NCBI RefSeq assembly: GCF_037042905.1
Contig: NC_087246.1
Span: 6,016,001-6,080,000, forward strand
Direction of reading: 5' to 3'
Length of the DNA stretch: 64,000 nt
Source of the DNA: Lytechinus pictus
Taxonomy: Eukaryota
The notes under the pieces were generated by a model, which saw only the letters and a list, made by a program, of their open reading frames with translations, had not been told where the DNA came from and searched no databases. Both the position numbers and the translations under genes were made by a program. This document shows positions 1 to 27,453 of the stretch, one piece after another (position 1 is the stretch's first letter; every line of letters starts with the position of its first letter).

Positions 1-2040
1 TTCCAAAATATACAAAATAAAACATACAAAGCAGATAAACATTATTAAAAAAATATGTACCCTACTTCAGATTTGGTACATGAATTGAAGACAAAAAATG
101 ATATATGCCTTTTAAACATTTCATACTGCATATCCGTGTTGGAAGAATATGAATAACACATTTAACACTTAACAAATTACAATGTACATAACAATACATC
201 CAAACATAACGGCATTGTGTTCAACTGGAAAAAAAAAAAGTTTTACACTTTGTTAAAAGGGGAAATATATCTTTGTAAAATCAATTGCGATATATGTTTC
301 TGGCATATAATTTGTGCATAATCAAACAATATGGTACTACATATTCCCCTTCTTTGCAAAACAAGCAAAATGTAAGAAGTGTAGAGCATTGCTGTTTCAA
401 GCTGTTACATAACCGTATGAAGGTAGATGAGTCACTTGAAACGGGAAATACAAATCATTACTTTCATTAGAAGGAATCCATTGATTCAGAAGATACATTC
501 TGATTATCATTTACTTCAAATTGAGAATTAAATAAATGAATCAAGACAGTTGACTAGAAAGAGATTTCTAGAAATAAAAACAATCAATGCAATATTCAGT
601 TCAGTCACATAATTATAAGTCACAACAGGTATGGTGCAAGCAGAAGTTCAGTATCTCCATCGTTTGGCTAAGGTGTCATGTAGGGATTAGAAGGGAGAAG
701 ACGCCAAGGAGGTTTGTGCCTCAGACTTTATAACTGTGCCTTATTTCATAACGATAGAAATTAGTCAAATTTTGGACTCACTATTTGTCTGTGTCTCCCT
801 GCCAATTTCCCTCTATACAAGTACAAAGAATAGACAATTTAGCAATTTTTAAGTTTTTTTTCATTTTACTTTCATCTTGTACAAATAAACCCATATAAAT
901 AGACTTTCATAAATAAGAGACCCCTCTACATTATTAATTTCCATTTGAATGGTGTCTTAATCAAGTCTGTCCTTTATAGTGTTGGGCAATGGTCTGAAGG
1001 CGGCCAAAATAAACAAGGTTACACTGTAGAATTTGAAAACCATTGCTGTTTTTTATTTCCATTCAAATATCAGAAACATTCAATTATTTTGTAGGCCTTC
1101 ATTGACAGTTTTAGGTTTTCAGTACAGCTATTCAAAGCTGTACAGTATCACATAAATACACTTACGCAATAAATTTAAGTAATAAGTTTGCAACTCAGAA
1201 GTCTCATCAAGAAAATTCAAAGGACTGAAATGGAAAAGAGGCAAATCTTTCCCAAAGCAAATATGAAGTTAAACTTAATTCTAGTATCCAAATTAACATG
1301 GATCATCAAGGTAAATGCTTGATATTGTATCCTAAACAAGTGTAATCTTCAATGGGCAAACATATATGATGGGATGGGGGGACCTGCTTATTACAAGAAA
1401 ATCACGTATCCTTCATAAATTTGTATATAAACGGTATTGAATGATTGCATCAAACTAGCTATCACAATGAATCCGATCAAAAAAAAATCAGTAAAACTAA
1501 AAAAGAGTAATGTATGTTAGATTTGTGATTTAGAATCGAGAATTGGGATTATGAACCTGCTTATAACAGATAGTATTTGGTAATATCACACACACTGAAT
1601 AACTCTTGATACTGACCCATGGAATAAAACAAGGATTGCAAGTTTTTGATGGGTTACTTGGAATCTAGTCACATGTGTTACATGAATTACAAACAAAAAA
1701 TTGTAAATTCTGGTGATTCTTACAAATGGAACTAGAAATTCATGATTATGTTAATATCTTGATCAATGATAATGCTCATATCAACATCATAGTAGATTTC
1801 TAAGCTTATTGCTCTTGTTCAAGATTGTAAAAAAAAATGGGTAGATAGAGTAGATTCCCGGAGTATTATTATTACAGCATACCTTTTATTTACCTCATGC
1901 ATTATATATCTTATTTTTTCTGACTTATTCTTTTATAATTATATGCAATATACCACATCTTTATCTTGTAATATATATTATCACAAAGGTTACTATTTTG
2001 TGATATAAGGACATGTGTCATGAGGTTGCCCACCAAAAGG

Positions 2041-2463
2041 CCCGGGGGGGGGGGGGGCAGTCAAATATATTGCTGTACACACCCGTGACCAAATTATTTC
2101 CAAACACCCCCTAAACAAGTTTTTTCTCTGTGTGCAAGATAACCCCCTAAACAAGTTTTTTGCGGGCTTTATTTTACACAATTTGGCCCTCTAAACAAGT
2201 TGTCGCGAAAATATGACCTCGGGGAAATAGCTTGGGGAAAAAACATAACCTAAACATGTTTGGCTGGTCTTTAAAAAAAACATACCCTAAATACGTTTGA
2301 CCCCGCGATTAACCATTGACCAGTCTTTCAAAACCACCCTTTTTCTTGGTGTTTTTGATACCCTTAACGAGCCCATGCCCGAACCATGTCCAAAAGTGAA
2401 AAAAACACCCCTTTAAACACGTTTTTTGGTCACGCGTGTGTACAGCAATATATTTGACTGGCC

Positions 2464-2489
<26 letters not shown>
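2041..2489. mobile_element. MITE with CCCGGG(G)n-CAGTCAAATATATTGCTGTACAC TIRs, 8-bp TSD (copy 1)
   Basis: About 50-bp TIRs; flanks ccaaaagg/caaaaagg (1 mismatch); internal CCCTAAAC repeats. Confidence 0.9.
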
Positions 2490-2495
<6 letters not shown>

Positions 2496-5440
2496 GGGTG
2501 GTGCTGTTACATATTTTGACATATTCGTAGAGTTATTCTTGAATATTTTCAAAACCAAAAGAGGTATGCCAACAAATTTGGTATCAATTTAAAGCTGAAT
2601 TCATTAGCTAATGATGTAGAAAGTTTCATTGCTCTAGAATAAATAGAGCTTGAGTTACACATCTTTAAAGACAGAGCACCAGGGGTGGTGAGGAAGCGGT
2701 GCCGCCTGTACAAAGTCAATGAGGATTCTCAATATTTTGTGCTATTTTGGATAAAACTTACATATTTTGTGAAAACTTGATTTCCAACTACAAGATTTCA
2801 AATGTTAAATTTATCAACATTTCAGTACAAATATGATTATGCATTACCACATGTGATTATAAATAATCAAGCTCAATATGGCAATGTAAATGTGAAAGCA
2901 CTAGAGAGATAGATGATATCTACTTGGTGGGATATTAATTTGCAAAAAGTATGCTAAACATACAACTTATAAAAAAACAGCCATCTGCAACTTAAATATT
3001 CCCTGTATTATTCTTCAGGATCATAATTTCAAAAACAGTGCATTGATGTACCACATGTACAATAAGTAACACATCACCATACTCTTTGTCATTTTTATTA
3101 AACCTGCTTTCATTCATACATGTATGAAATTTTAATTAACAAGAACAAGGTAAATATTTTACAATACCTAAAGTATTGTCATTCAAATAAAAAAAGGAGG
3201 GTCTGGGATATGGTTGGTTTTCATCATTACTCTTTGCCCTGAATTCCCAAATGTTTTGCATGTGTGGTTTGAAACAATGGTTTAAACAGATTTCATGCAA
3301 TGATTATGCTTGATTCAGCATGTATATTGAGAAGGTATCCAATACTGGCAATCAGTAGATGAGAGCTGGTTACTAAATATTTTCTGACTTATCAAATAAA
3401 TCGATCAATGCGATCTTATTCACTGGGTTGAAAGCCATAAATTGCATTTACAATATACTGTCCAATACTGTATACATGCTTTTATCACAGTGCCCTAAAT
3501 TGATGCCTGTTACTAAGGTTACAACAGTAATCAGTCCACTGTTTATGTTAATTTATCTACAAAACAGTGAACCTATTATCAGTAGTAACAAGCATCAACT
3601 TTAAGTGGGCTGTGATAATAATGTGCATCCATTATTAGACATTTTAACAATATGCGCACTGAATGAAGAGTTACAAGTGAATCAAATATGCATAAGCACC
3701 GATTTCAAACCACATATTTTCAAAACTACCTATGTCAATTTGGCCCTATAAGTCTTATAATGAATGCAATATTACACATTGTTTTCTGAATAAATAGTGA
3801 TAAGGAAAACTCCAAGTAGAGTCATGACTGAGTTTCACATTTTTTTATCTTTTCTTTCACATCTTACAGTTTTCTGAATAATTATGTATATTCACATTAC
3901 ATGTGGTAATATTGGGTTTTCTATTTCCTTTTAAATGCCTGATCTACACGCATCACAAAGTGAAATATCAGCTTGGCTATAACAAGATTACACTTGTACT
4001 TCCTTATTCAAAACTATTAAATAAAGAAGGTCTCAATAAACATTTAAACAAATATGCTATATCAGTAGTCACTTTTATCAAAACACAAATTATCCAACAA
4101 AAAAACAACCACATAAATATTCCAATGTGTTCTTGGCCCTCCCACATAAAGAGTTGCAGTCACAAATTAAATCAAATCAAACCTCAATAGATTGTCATGC
4201 TAATCTAAGATGTGTCCTTACAAAAATTAAGAAAGTACAACAAATAAGAATCTAGATATCTCATAAAAATCATAAAAAATTGTGTCAGTTCTGGGCTCTC
4301 CCTTATCAAATGATATAACTTGAATTAAATATGGGTCTTATTAACACAAAAGAAACTGTCTTTAATTTATAGAATTTATATTAAATTTATGAAATAAAGA
4401 TTAATGTAAACTGTGGACCCTGGGGGCCCTTACCTTCGAATATGAAAATACAATTACATGTATTACTTTAAAACAAATTCTTACATTTTCTAAGGGTTAA
4501 TCTCAATGGGTTTGATATTAGTTGGCGCTTCGGTCATGACTACAGATTTTGCATACTGCAGAGAGGTCTACGCAATGTCTCTTGAAAATTACAGTCTCCT
4601 AGCAGTTGAGACATATCTGAACACGTTTAATACTTTAGACAGAGACTGCTTCTTTTCTGAAATGTTTCTGTGGCGTCTCTATCAGTTGCAAAGATTATTT
4701 TGTTCCAAAGATACCATAGAGATGTTCTTGCAACCTCGAGAGGTTTCTCATCTCTGTAACTTCCCAGAAATTGATTAACAAGTGACTTGAAGAAGTCTTG
4801 AGTCAATTTCCTGGAAGTTGTGCCTTTTTTAAGAGCAAAACCATTTTAGTGCAGACATCTTGGAGACTTACTTGCAACAAAAATGGAAACACTGCACCAA
4901 TATCTCTAATGGACAAAAATGATCTTAAAACCAAGTCAACTGAAATCTATGCACAATCCAATATAGGTGAGTGCAAATGGAATGAAAAAATATATAAAAT
5001 CTTCTGACTACCCTTCTATCTCTTGTGTGAATGACAGAATGAATTTGTATTAATATGCTACAAAGTGACAAGCACTACCGGTATTACAATTTACATAGAT
5101 AGCTCACATCTTTATTTTGGGTCAAGGATATTAAAATGAGTAGCATGCATGCAAGAAAATTTGCACTAGAAATGTCTAATTCTTAAAAGTGCATTGGGAA
5201 CAGTTGTAGATTATGACACTGTATTTGAATCATCATTTAGAAAATTGAGCAGGATTATTTTGTAAAGTGTAAAGTGCTTAGAGATGCTGTTCTGAGGAAT
5301 CAAGGACTATATTAGTGGAACATTATTGAGCAAGCAATAATTTATAGCAAGTTGATACCAGAGATATGTAACTGGTTGAGTCATCACCTGTCAGCCACAC
5401 AGCGGCAAATGAATAGTATACAAATTATGAATATTTATGA

Positions 5441-5561
5441 GTGCAATGGACTGAATACTTCATGAGGTGAAAGATGAAATGATCCATTCAATGAGGCGTA
5501 GCCGAATTGAATGGATCATTCATTTCATCTTTCACCGAATGAAGTATTTTATCCATTGCAC
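5441..5561. repeat. Long hairpin, part of a palindromic repeat (about 5430-5900) just 3' of the VMP1 stop
   Basis: gtgcaatgga..aatacttcat..ggtgaaagatgaaatgatccattcaat pairs with its reverse complement; centre GAGGCGTAGCCGA. Confidence 0.8.
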
Positions 5562-5971
5562 GAATGTAAAGAACATTCATTATTTGGTTTATATGACACC
5601 TAAAAAAGATTCTTTTTCATATGAAATTTATGAATTTTGATGCAAAATATGCTCATGCAGTGCGAGCTCAGTCTGTTGGTTATCTCGTACAAACAACATG
5701 CGCGCTGCAAACATGAGTGGTTTTACTCGAGGTGCCTGCAGTCTTGGTGCACGCATGCAATGAACAGAGTCGTATGGATAAAAAATTGCACGATGAGTGG
5801 ATCCAAAATTGCACGGTTGATGACGTCATTGTAAAATGGGCTGAATGATCGATATAGAATAACCAATCAAATGACAAGGATCTATCTAGGTGTCAAATAA
5901 AAAATAATAATAATGATATGCATAATATAACATAAAATCCCAATAAAACCTAGGCTGAGGATACATTATCA

Positions 5972-22316
<16,345 letters not shown>

Positions 22317-22567
22317 TCTTAATAAGTTAATGGTTGGTTGGTTGGTATCGAATCCGCACACACGTACGTACGTATAAAATTAGGGGAGTACCGGTACCGG
22401 TACTGTATTTCATAAAACCGATCGCAAAGTATGAACTAAAGAGGTTATGAGGTGCCAAAAGCTATTACGTCTGAAAATAATTATGCCTTAATTAATTCGG
22501 TTTATGTCAATTGGTCTAATGCCAACTCGTCTACTAGCTACCATCAGTTCGTCCACTATCCACATGG

Positions 22568-22864
22568 CAGGGGCAGATCCAGGGGGGGGGGGGGCACATT
22601 TTCCCGAGGAAAAAATTGACAAGCAAAAAAAATGGGAACTGAGGTTTTTAACCAAAAATTAAGGACATGCATTTCGTCCACGAAAAAACTTGACAAGCGA
22701 AAGAAAAAAAAAAGGTCTTCACTTCCCGGCTTCACTTTCAAAAGGGGATGGCCCACTTCTATTTTAACGGCATTATTACATTACAAATTTTAATTTTCCC
22801 TAGCTCTCAAGGGGGGATACGCGGCGCCGGCTTTGCCCCCCCCCCCCCCCTGGATCCGCCAGTA
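22568..22864. mobile_element. MITE with CAGGGGC-GATCCAGGG termini, 8-bp TSD (hAT-like)
   Basis: Perfect TSD ccacatgg at 22560-22567 and 22865-22872. Confidence 0.85.
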
Positions 22865-23439
22865 CCACATGGTATAAATGTCATTTCGTCCACTCACTAT
22901 TTCATCTAATAACCAGTTGGTCCAATAGCCATTTAGTCCCGCATTTAGTCCATATACGCTGCCTTTGGCCCAATTAAGCTGGGGGCGGGGCTGTGTTATA
23001 TGATATCTAATTTGATTCGGATTCAAATTACTTTGGTTGCCTCATTTTGTGATTTTGTGTCGCTTTACAGTTCTGGCATAAATGTCATTAAATTATAGGC
23101 AGATGATGGGAAATACTGTGTTTACATATATGCCGCCCCGCAATGGCATATAACTACGGGGGCACGTGCCCCCCTCCCCCATCGGCTGGGGAAACCTGGG
23201 TCCTGGGCAAAGGAGAAAAAGAGGGAGAAAGAAGAAGAAATTATTGTATATATTACATAAGATGTATTTTGTTATAACTTTATGAAACGTAATTTACATA
23301 GGTCCTATATATGTGTCCGTCACTACTCGCATTGTCTGTTTAATACTATTAATAATCCCGTTCAAGGGGATTAAATTGTACCAAAACATCCCGTTTCAAA
23401 TCAATATACACCAAATATAATTTCCTCGCACTTCGAGCT

Positions 23440-24165
23440 TTTATTTGAATTTGACACTTGAATCTATTTATTAACACTGTCAGGTACAATTACATGGAAT
23501 AGTATCACATATAAACAAAACATTTGGTAATTGGAGCTAACATAACAGCAAGATGCTAATCGAAGTTTAAACAATAATTTTAACCAAATCTCAATATTGT
23601 ACATCAAATTCAAGTACTAATTCTACTTATTACTGATCCAGAAAATTGCGATCATTTTTAGTGAACATATTTACACTATTTACAGGAAAAAATATCTTAA
23701 TCATTTACAAAATCTTTATACAGAATTGTTAGTTTTTAGGCAGTATTTACCATACCAAATTAATCATAATCTTCCAGTAGCAATAGTTTTAACGATTTAC
23801 TAACTATCTTGCGACTGGGGGTGTTTCTAATATTACGTGGCAGATGATTCCATAAAGTAGGACCAGAAAATGAAATTGATTGTTTTCCCAAATTGGTATT
23901 ATAGTTGTCAAAATTAACATTTCGCTTTTCTCTATTTCTCGTATTGTAAGGATGGTCTATAAATGAAAAATGATTAATAAAACTATGCGGCAACCGATTT
24001 TTAATTAAATCGTGCATAAATACTCTTAACAAATATTGGTATTGTTTGAAAATATCGAGAATATTTCGATCATAAAATAAAGGTGTGATAGGTATGATGG
24101 TTGAACGTAATTATTCTAGCTATTCTCTTTTGAAGTAATAATAAAGGGTTCAGGGTTGTTCCGCA
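23440..24165 (-). mobile_element. 3' fragment of a CR1/L2-type LINE
   Basis: ORF2 C-terminal motifs LLQKRIARII, HPYNTR, SFSGPTLWNHLP; AATAAA plus TTCAA-type tail near 23445-23470 on the minus strand. Confidence 0.82.
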
Positions 24166-24894
24166 CGCGCATACATTCGTAATTCCGAAGCTTCGTATTT
24201 CCGAAGGTTCGTAATCCGTAATTGAGATAATATGTATACTCTTATTCCTGTAAAATAGTCCTTTAAATGCCTCTGTTTGAATCAATATACAAAAATTCCA
24301 GCTTGCGCTCTGCGCTCGCATCGTTTTTTTAGTGTTACTGATTACATGATTACAAAAAAATGCCTAAAATGTCCCTTTTTTTAGGTCTGAATAAAAAAAA
24401 AATTCAGCTCGTGCTTCGCGCTCGCGTTACATGATTTAGTGTACATATCATTTTAATGACACGGTTAATGCAGGGGCCGCGGAATATCATTATGGTAATT
24501 TTTACGTTTTTGTACACGGTTTTGTAATGTCTTTATTAAAGGTCAATTTACATGTACCTGGCTATTGAGCGCGCTTCGCGCGCCCAATCATTTTTTTTTT
24601 GCTGGTGCCCCCAAATGCCGTGACCTACAGTAGGCCTACGCCTCTACCGTTGTGTACTCATGTGTTACATATACGCTTTATCGATCCATCAAGCATCCGT
24701 CGGATCCACTGTGTGATTCATCCGCGCAAAAAGTTTTTAGCTGCACAAAACTTTTAGAACGGATGATGAACTTTCCGCCGTGTACGATGTAAATCCTCAA
24801 CATAAACGAGGAACAAACGTCCTCGGCGCCCCATGTCCGTTATCATACATTAAACGTCCGCTGTATCCTCTCTGCATCTTTTGGGCATCATAGC

Positions 24895-25058
24895 CAGGGG
24901 CCGCGGAAGTGGGGGGGGGGGGGTGAGCCCCCCACTTTTTTCCAAAACCGTGTACAAAAACGTAAAAATGACCATAACGATTGTGATTTTTTGCATGGTC
25001 AGCCTCCCACTTTTGACTCAGCCCCCGGCCCACTTTGAAAACCGTTCCGCGGCCCCTG
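24895..25058. mobile_element. Short MITE with CAGGGGCCGCGGAA TIRs (copy 2)
   Basis: caggggccgcggaa ... ttccgcggcccctg. Confidence 0.82.
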
Positions 25059-27159
25059 CTAGCAACTCATATCCGTATCCATATGCAGCTGAACGACGGA
25101 GGGAGGAAAGATAAGGTACATGGAACGTCTATACATCGTTAGTGCACAGAAATGATTTTAAGCGTATGCATCTCGTAAAGTATTCACCCCCCCGGTAACC
25201 CGTTTCGGAGCTGTCATCCATTTACATTCACTAGGTGTTTCCGATGAACATCCGTTTGACATCCGCGCAACATACTACCCACGTCCGTTCTTTTCCGTTA
25301 TGTTTTCATAACTTTTTATCCAGTTCTGGCCGGAGCGAATAAAAACGGATGGAACCACCCCCGAAATTTTGCTCGTCCGCCATATCCTTTATGAATACGT
25401 TTTGTGTCCGTCGGCCAGTGGGACCTGGCCTTAAACTATGATTGGAAGAACTTGAAGGGGAATATAGGAAGTAAAATAATAGAAGAGTGAAAATATGAAT
25501 ATAATTTCAGATTTCTTCCAAAGTCCTTGGAAGTGATCAACCACGCAGCCAGGATTTAATTTTGGAAGGGGCGGTACGTGCACGCGAAGCATGCCAACAC
25601 TTACAGAGCGCGCGAATCGCGCTCCGGGGGGGGGGGGGGGGGGTTCGATGTCTCATTCAATTCAAATCAAAAGAGGTCTCTTGCGCTTCTTGCGCTTCTA
25701 GTATTGAATTTAACTCGATTTAATTGAAATGCTGAGTTAAAAAAAACTTGTTTTTTAAAGAAATTATGAGCACCCCAGATATGGGAAAATATTGAGGAAT
25801 ATGAAACAATTTCTCTTCCCGCGCGAAGCGCGGAAGCGAAAATATTTTATAAAAAGTAAAAACAGAAGTGGTATAAAATGTCTACCTTGGTTAGATCAGA
25901 TTCGATACCAAAAGATTTAGCCACATTACATTTGAAAAACAGTGTAAAAGACAAGTAGGCTTATGCAGGGAGGATTATTATTTTCCGCGAATGGCATTGA
26001 TGCTCTGACATTTCTTTGAAACCTTAACCTGCTCTAATATAAAATTTTGATATTCCTTATATTACATGACTTGTTTACGAAGAAAAAGGCGCTCCCAAAT
26101 GTCAAAGTTATGATGCAGGCTAGAAAAGGGGATTTTTCCTTTCCCATGCACGCGAATGACGGAAACCTTTGTGATTTATTTTGGGATAAATATTGTGTAA
26201 TTTTCGCTCATATTAAGCGCTTCTTTTTGTTTGATTAAGAAACTTCAGAAATATTCATAATTTCAAATTAATGGCTCAAAACAAGACCGGGAGATGGATG
26301 GGCAGCGATGTAGAATAAAGTTTCGTCGTACTTTTGTATATAGCACGGAGCGAATTTAATGCCTGCCCCCCCCCCACAAGCCCACTTGTTATAAAAGTTT
26401 CATTCCCCTTTAAACAAAAATTACTTCTCATATTTAAAAAACCAATGTATACTTTATAATTTAAGGCAAGAAATACACGAGTCCCATATCTGATGGGGAG
26501 GGGAAACGGAGTAGAAAAAGGTGTGGGAAACAAAGGGGAAAGGCATTTTCGATATTTTTTCCGCGCGAAGTGCGCAAACAAAATTTTGTATGAATAGAGA
26601 GAAGAACGTCTCGTTTAGGTTTTATTCTTTTGACAAAAAATAAGGAGGATAAACAATAAAGCCATACCCTCTTTCCCTTTTCTCCATCCGCTTTTTTTCT
26701 TCTCCTTTTCCCCTCACCGCCCACCTGGCTAGGCGAAGTGATTGACATCATCTACTCCCTCATTTGCATAAACTTTGAAAAGTCAATAATGGTTAAACCG
26801 ATGCTTATTTATGTCCGGTTTTATATGATGGCGAGAACCTCACCTCCCCCTGAAAAATATGTAATAATGAATTAAGAAAAATGAATAAATTAATTAATAA
26901 TTAAACAAAATATAAAGAAATGCAAAGATGCTAATGAGTAAATTACGTATATAATAAAATGATAAAATACTGAAATAATAACATTAGTTATATTGAAATA
27001 GAATAAAATAACAATGAATGAATAATCATATCTGATTGATACATGTCTGACAAAAACTCAAATACACACACACACAATGGATAAAAATCAATGAAAATAT
27101 ATAAAAACCCAGCTCCCTCATTGGCTTGTCATAGTTATTTTTGATCGTAATATCAGCTT

Positions 27160-27414
27160 GCACTACGAACGGCCTTGTGAAACAAACCCCATCCCCATGC
27201 CTTTTGCCAGCTAGCTGCAGCGAGCTAGCTCTGCTCTGCGGCGCGCCAGCTGCGCTGCGCTGCCTGCCTCCTCGATCGAACCGGCCAGGCGCGGGATGCC
27301 TATCAGATAGCGTTGCTGTACACCGGTGAGACGGTACGGTTGCGTCATCGAGCACGTCGACCCATCCGCTGATCTTTTATGTAACGTCGTATTAAGCGCA
27401 AGATCTTCTCTAAA
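27160..27414 (+). promoter_or_regulatory. GC/CpG-rich proximal promoter and 5' UTR of the XDH/AOX-like gene
   Basis: Abrupt GC/CpG-rich patch immediately upstream of ATG 27415. Confidence 0.55.
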
Positions 27415-27453
27415 ATGCCTGACAAGTTAGTTTTCTTCTGCAATGGTAGAAAG
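27415..27453 (+). CDS. XDH: XDH/AOX-like exon 1 ([13 protein letters not shown])
   Basis: aaaATG, donor AAG|gtaggc; matches the XDH N-terminus LVFFVNGRK. Confidence 0.92.

Noticed and set aside
1781..1802. True miR-21 ortholog
   Set aside because: Seed (AGAAAUC) differs from miR-21 (AGCUUAU); kept only as a speculative hairpin finding
4506..5007. 90-aa and 69-aa plus-strand ORFs
   Set aside because: No recognisable domain or splice structure; antisense to the VMP1 3' region with degenerate GAGAC/GTCTC repeats
27026..27355. 109-aa minus and 62-aa plus ORFs in the GC-rich patch
   Set aside because: Non-ATG starts; explained by the GC-rich promoter of the XDH/AOX-like gene
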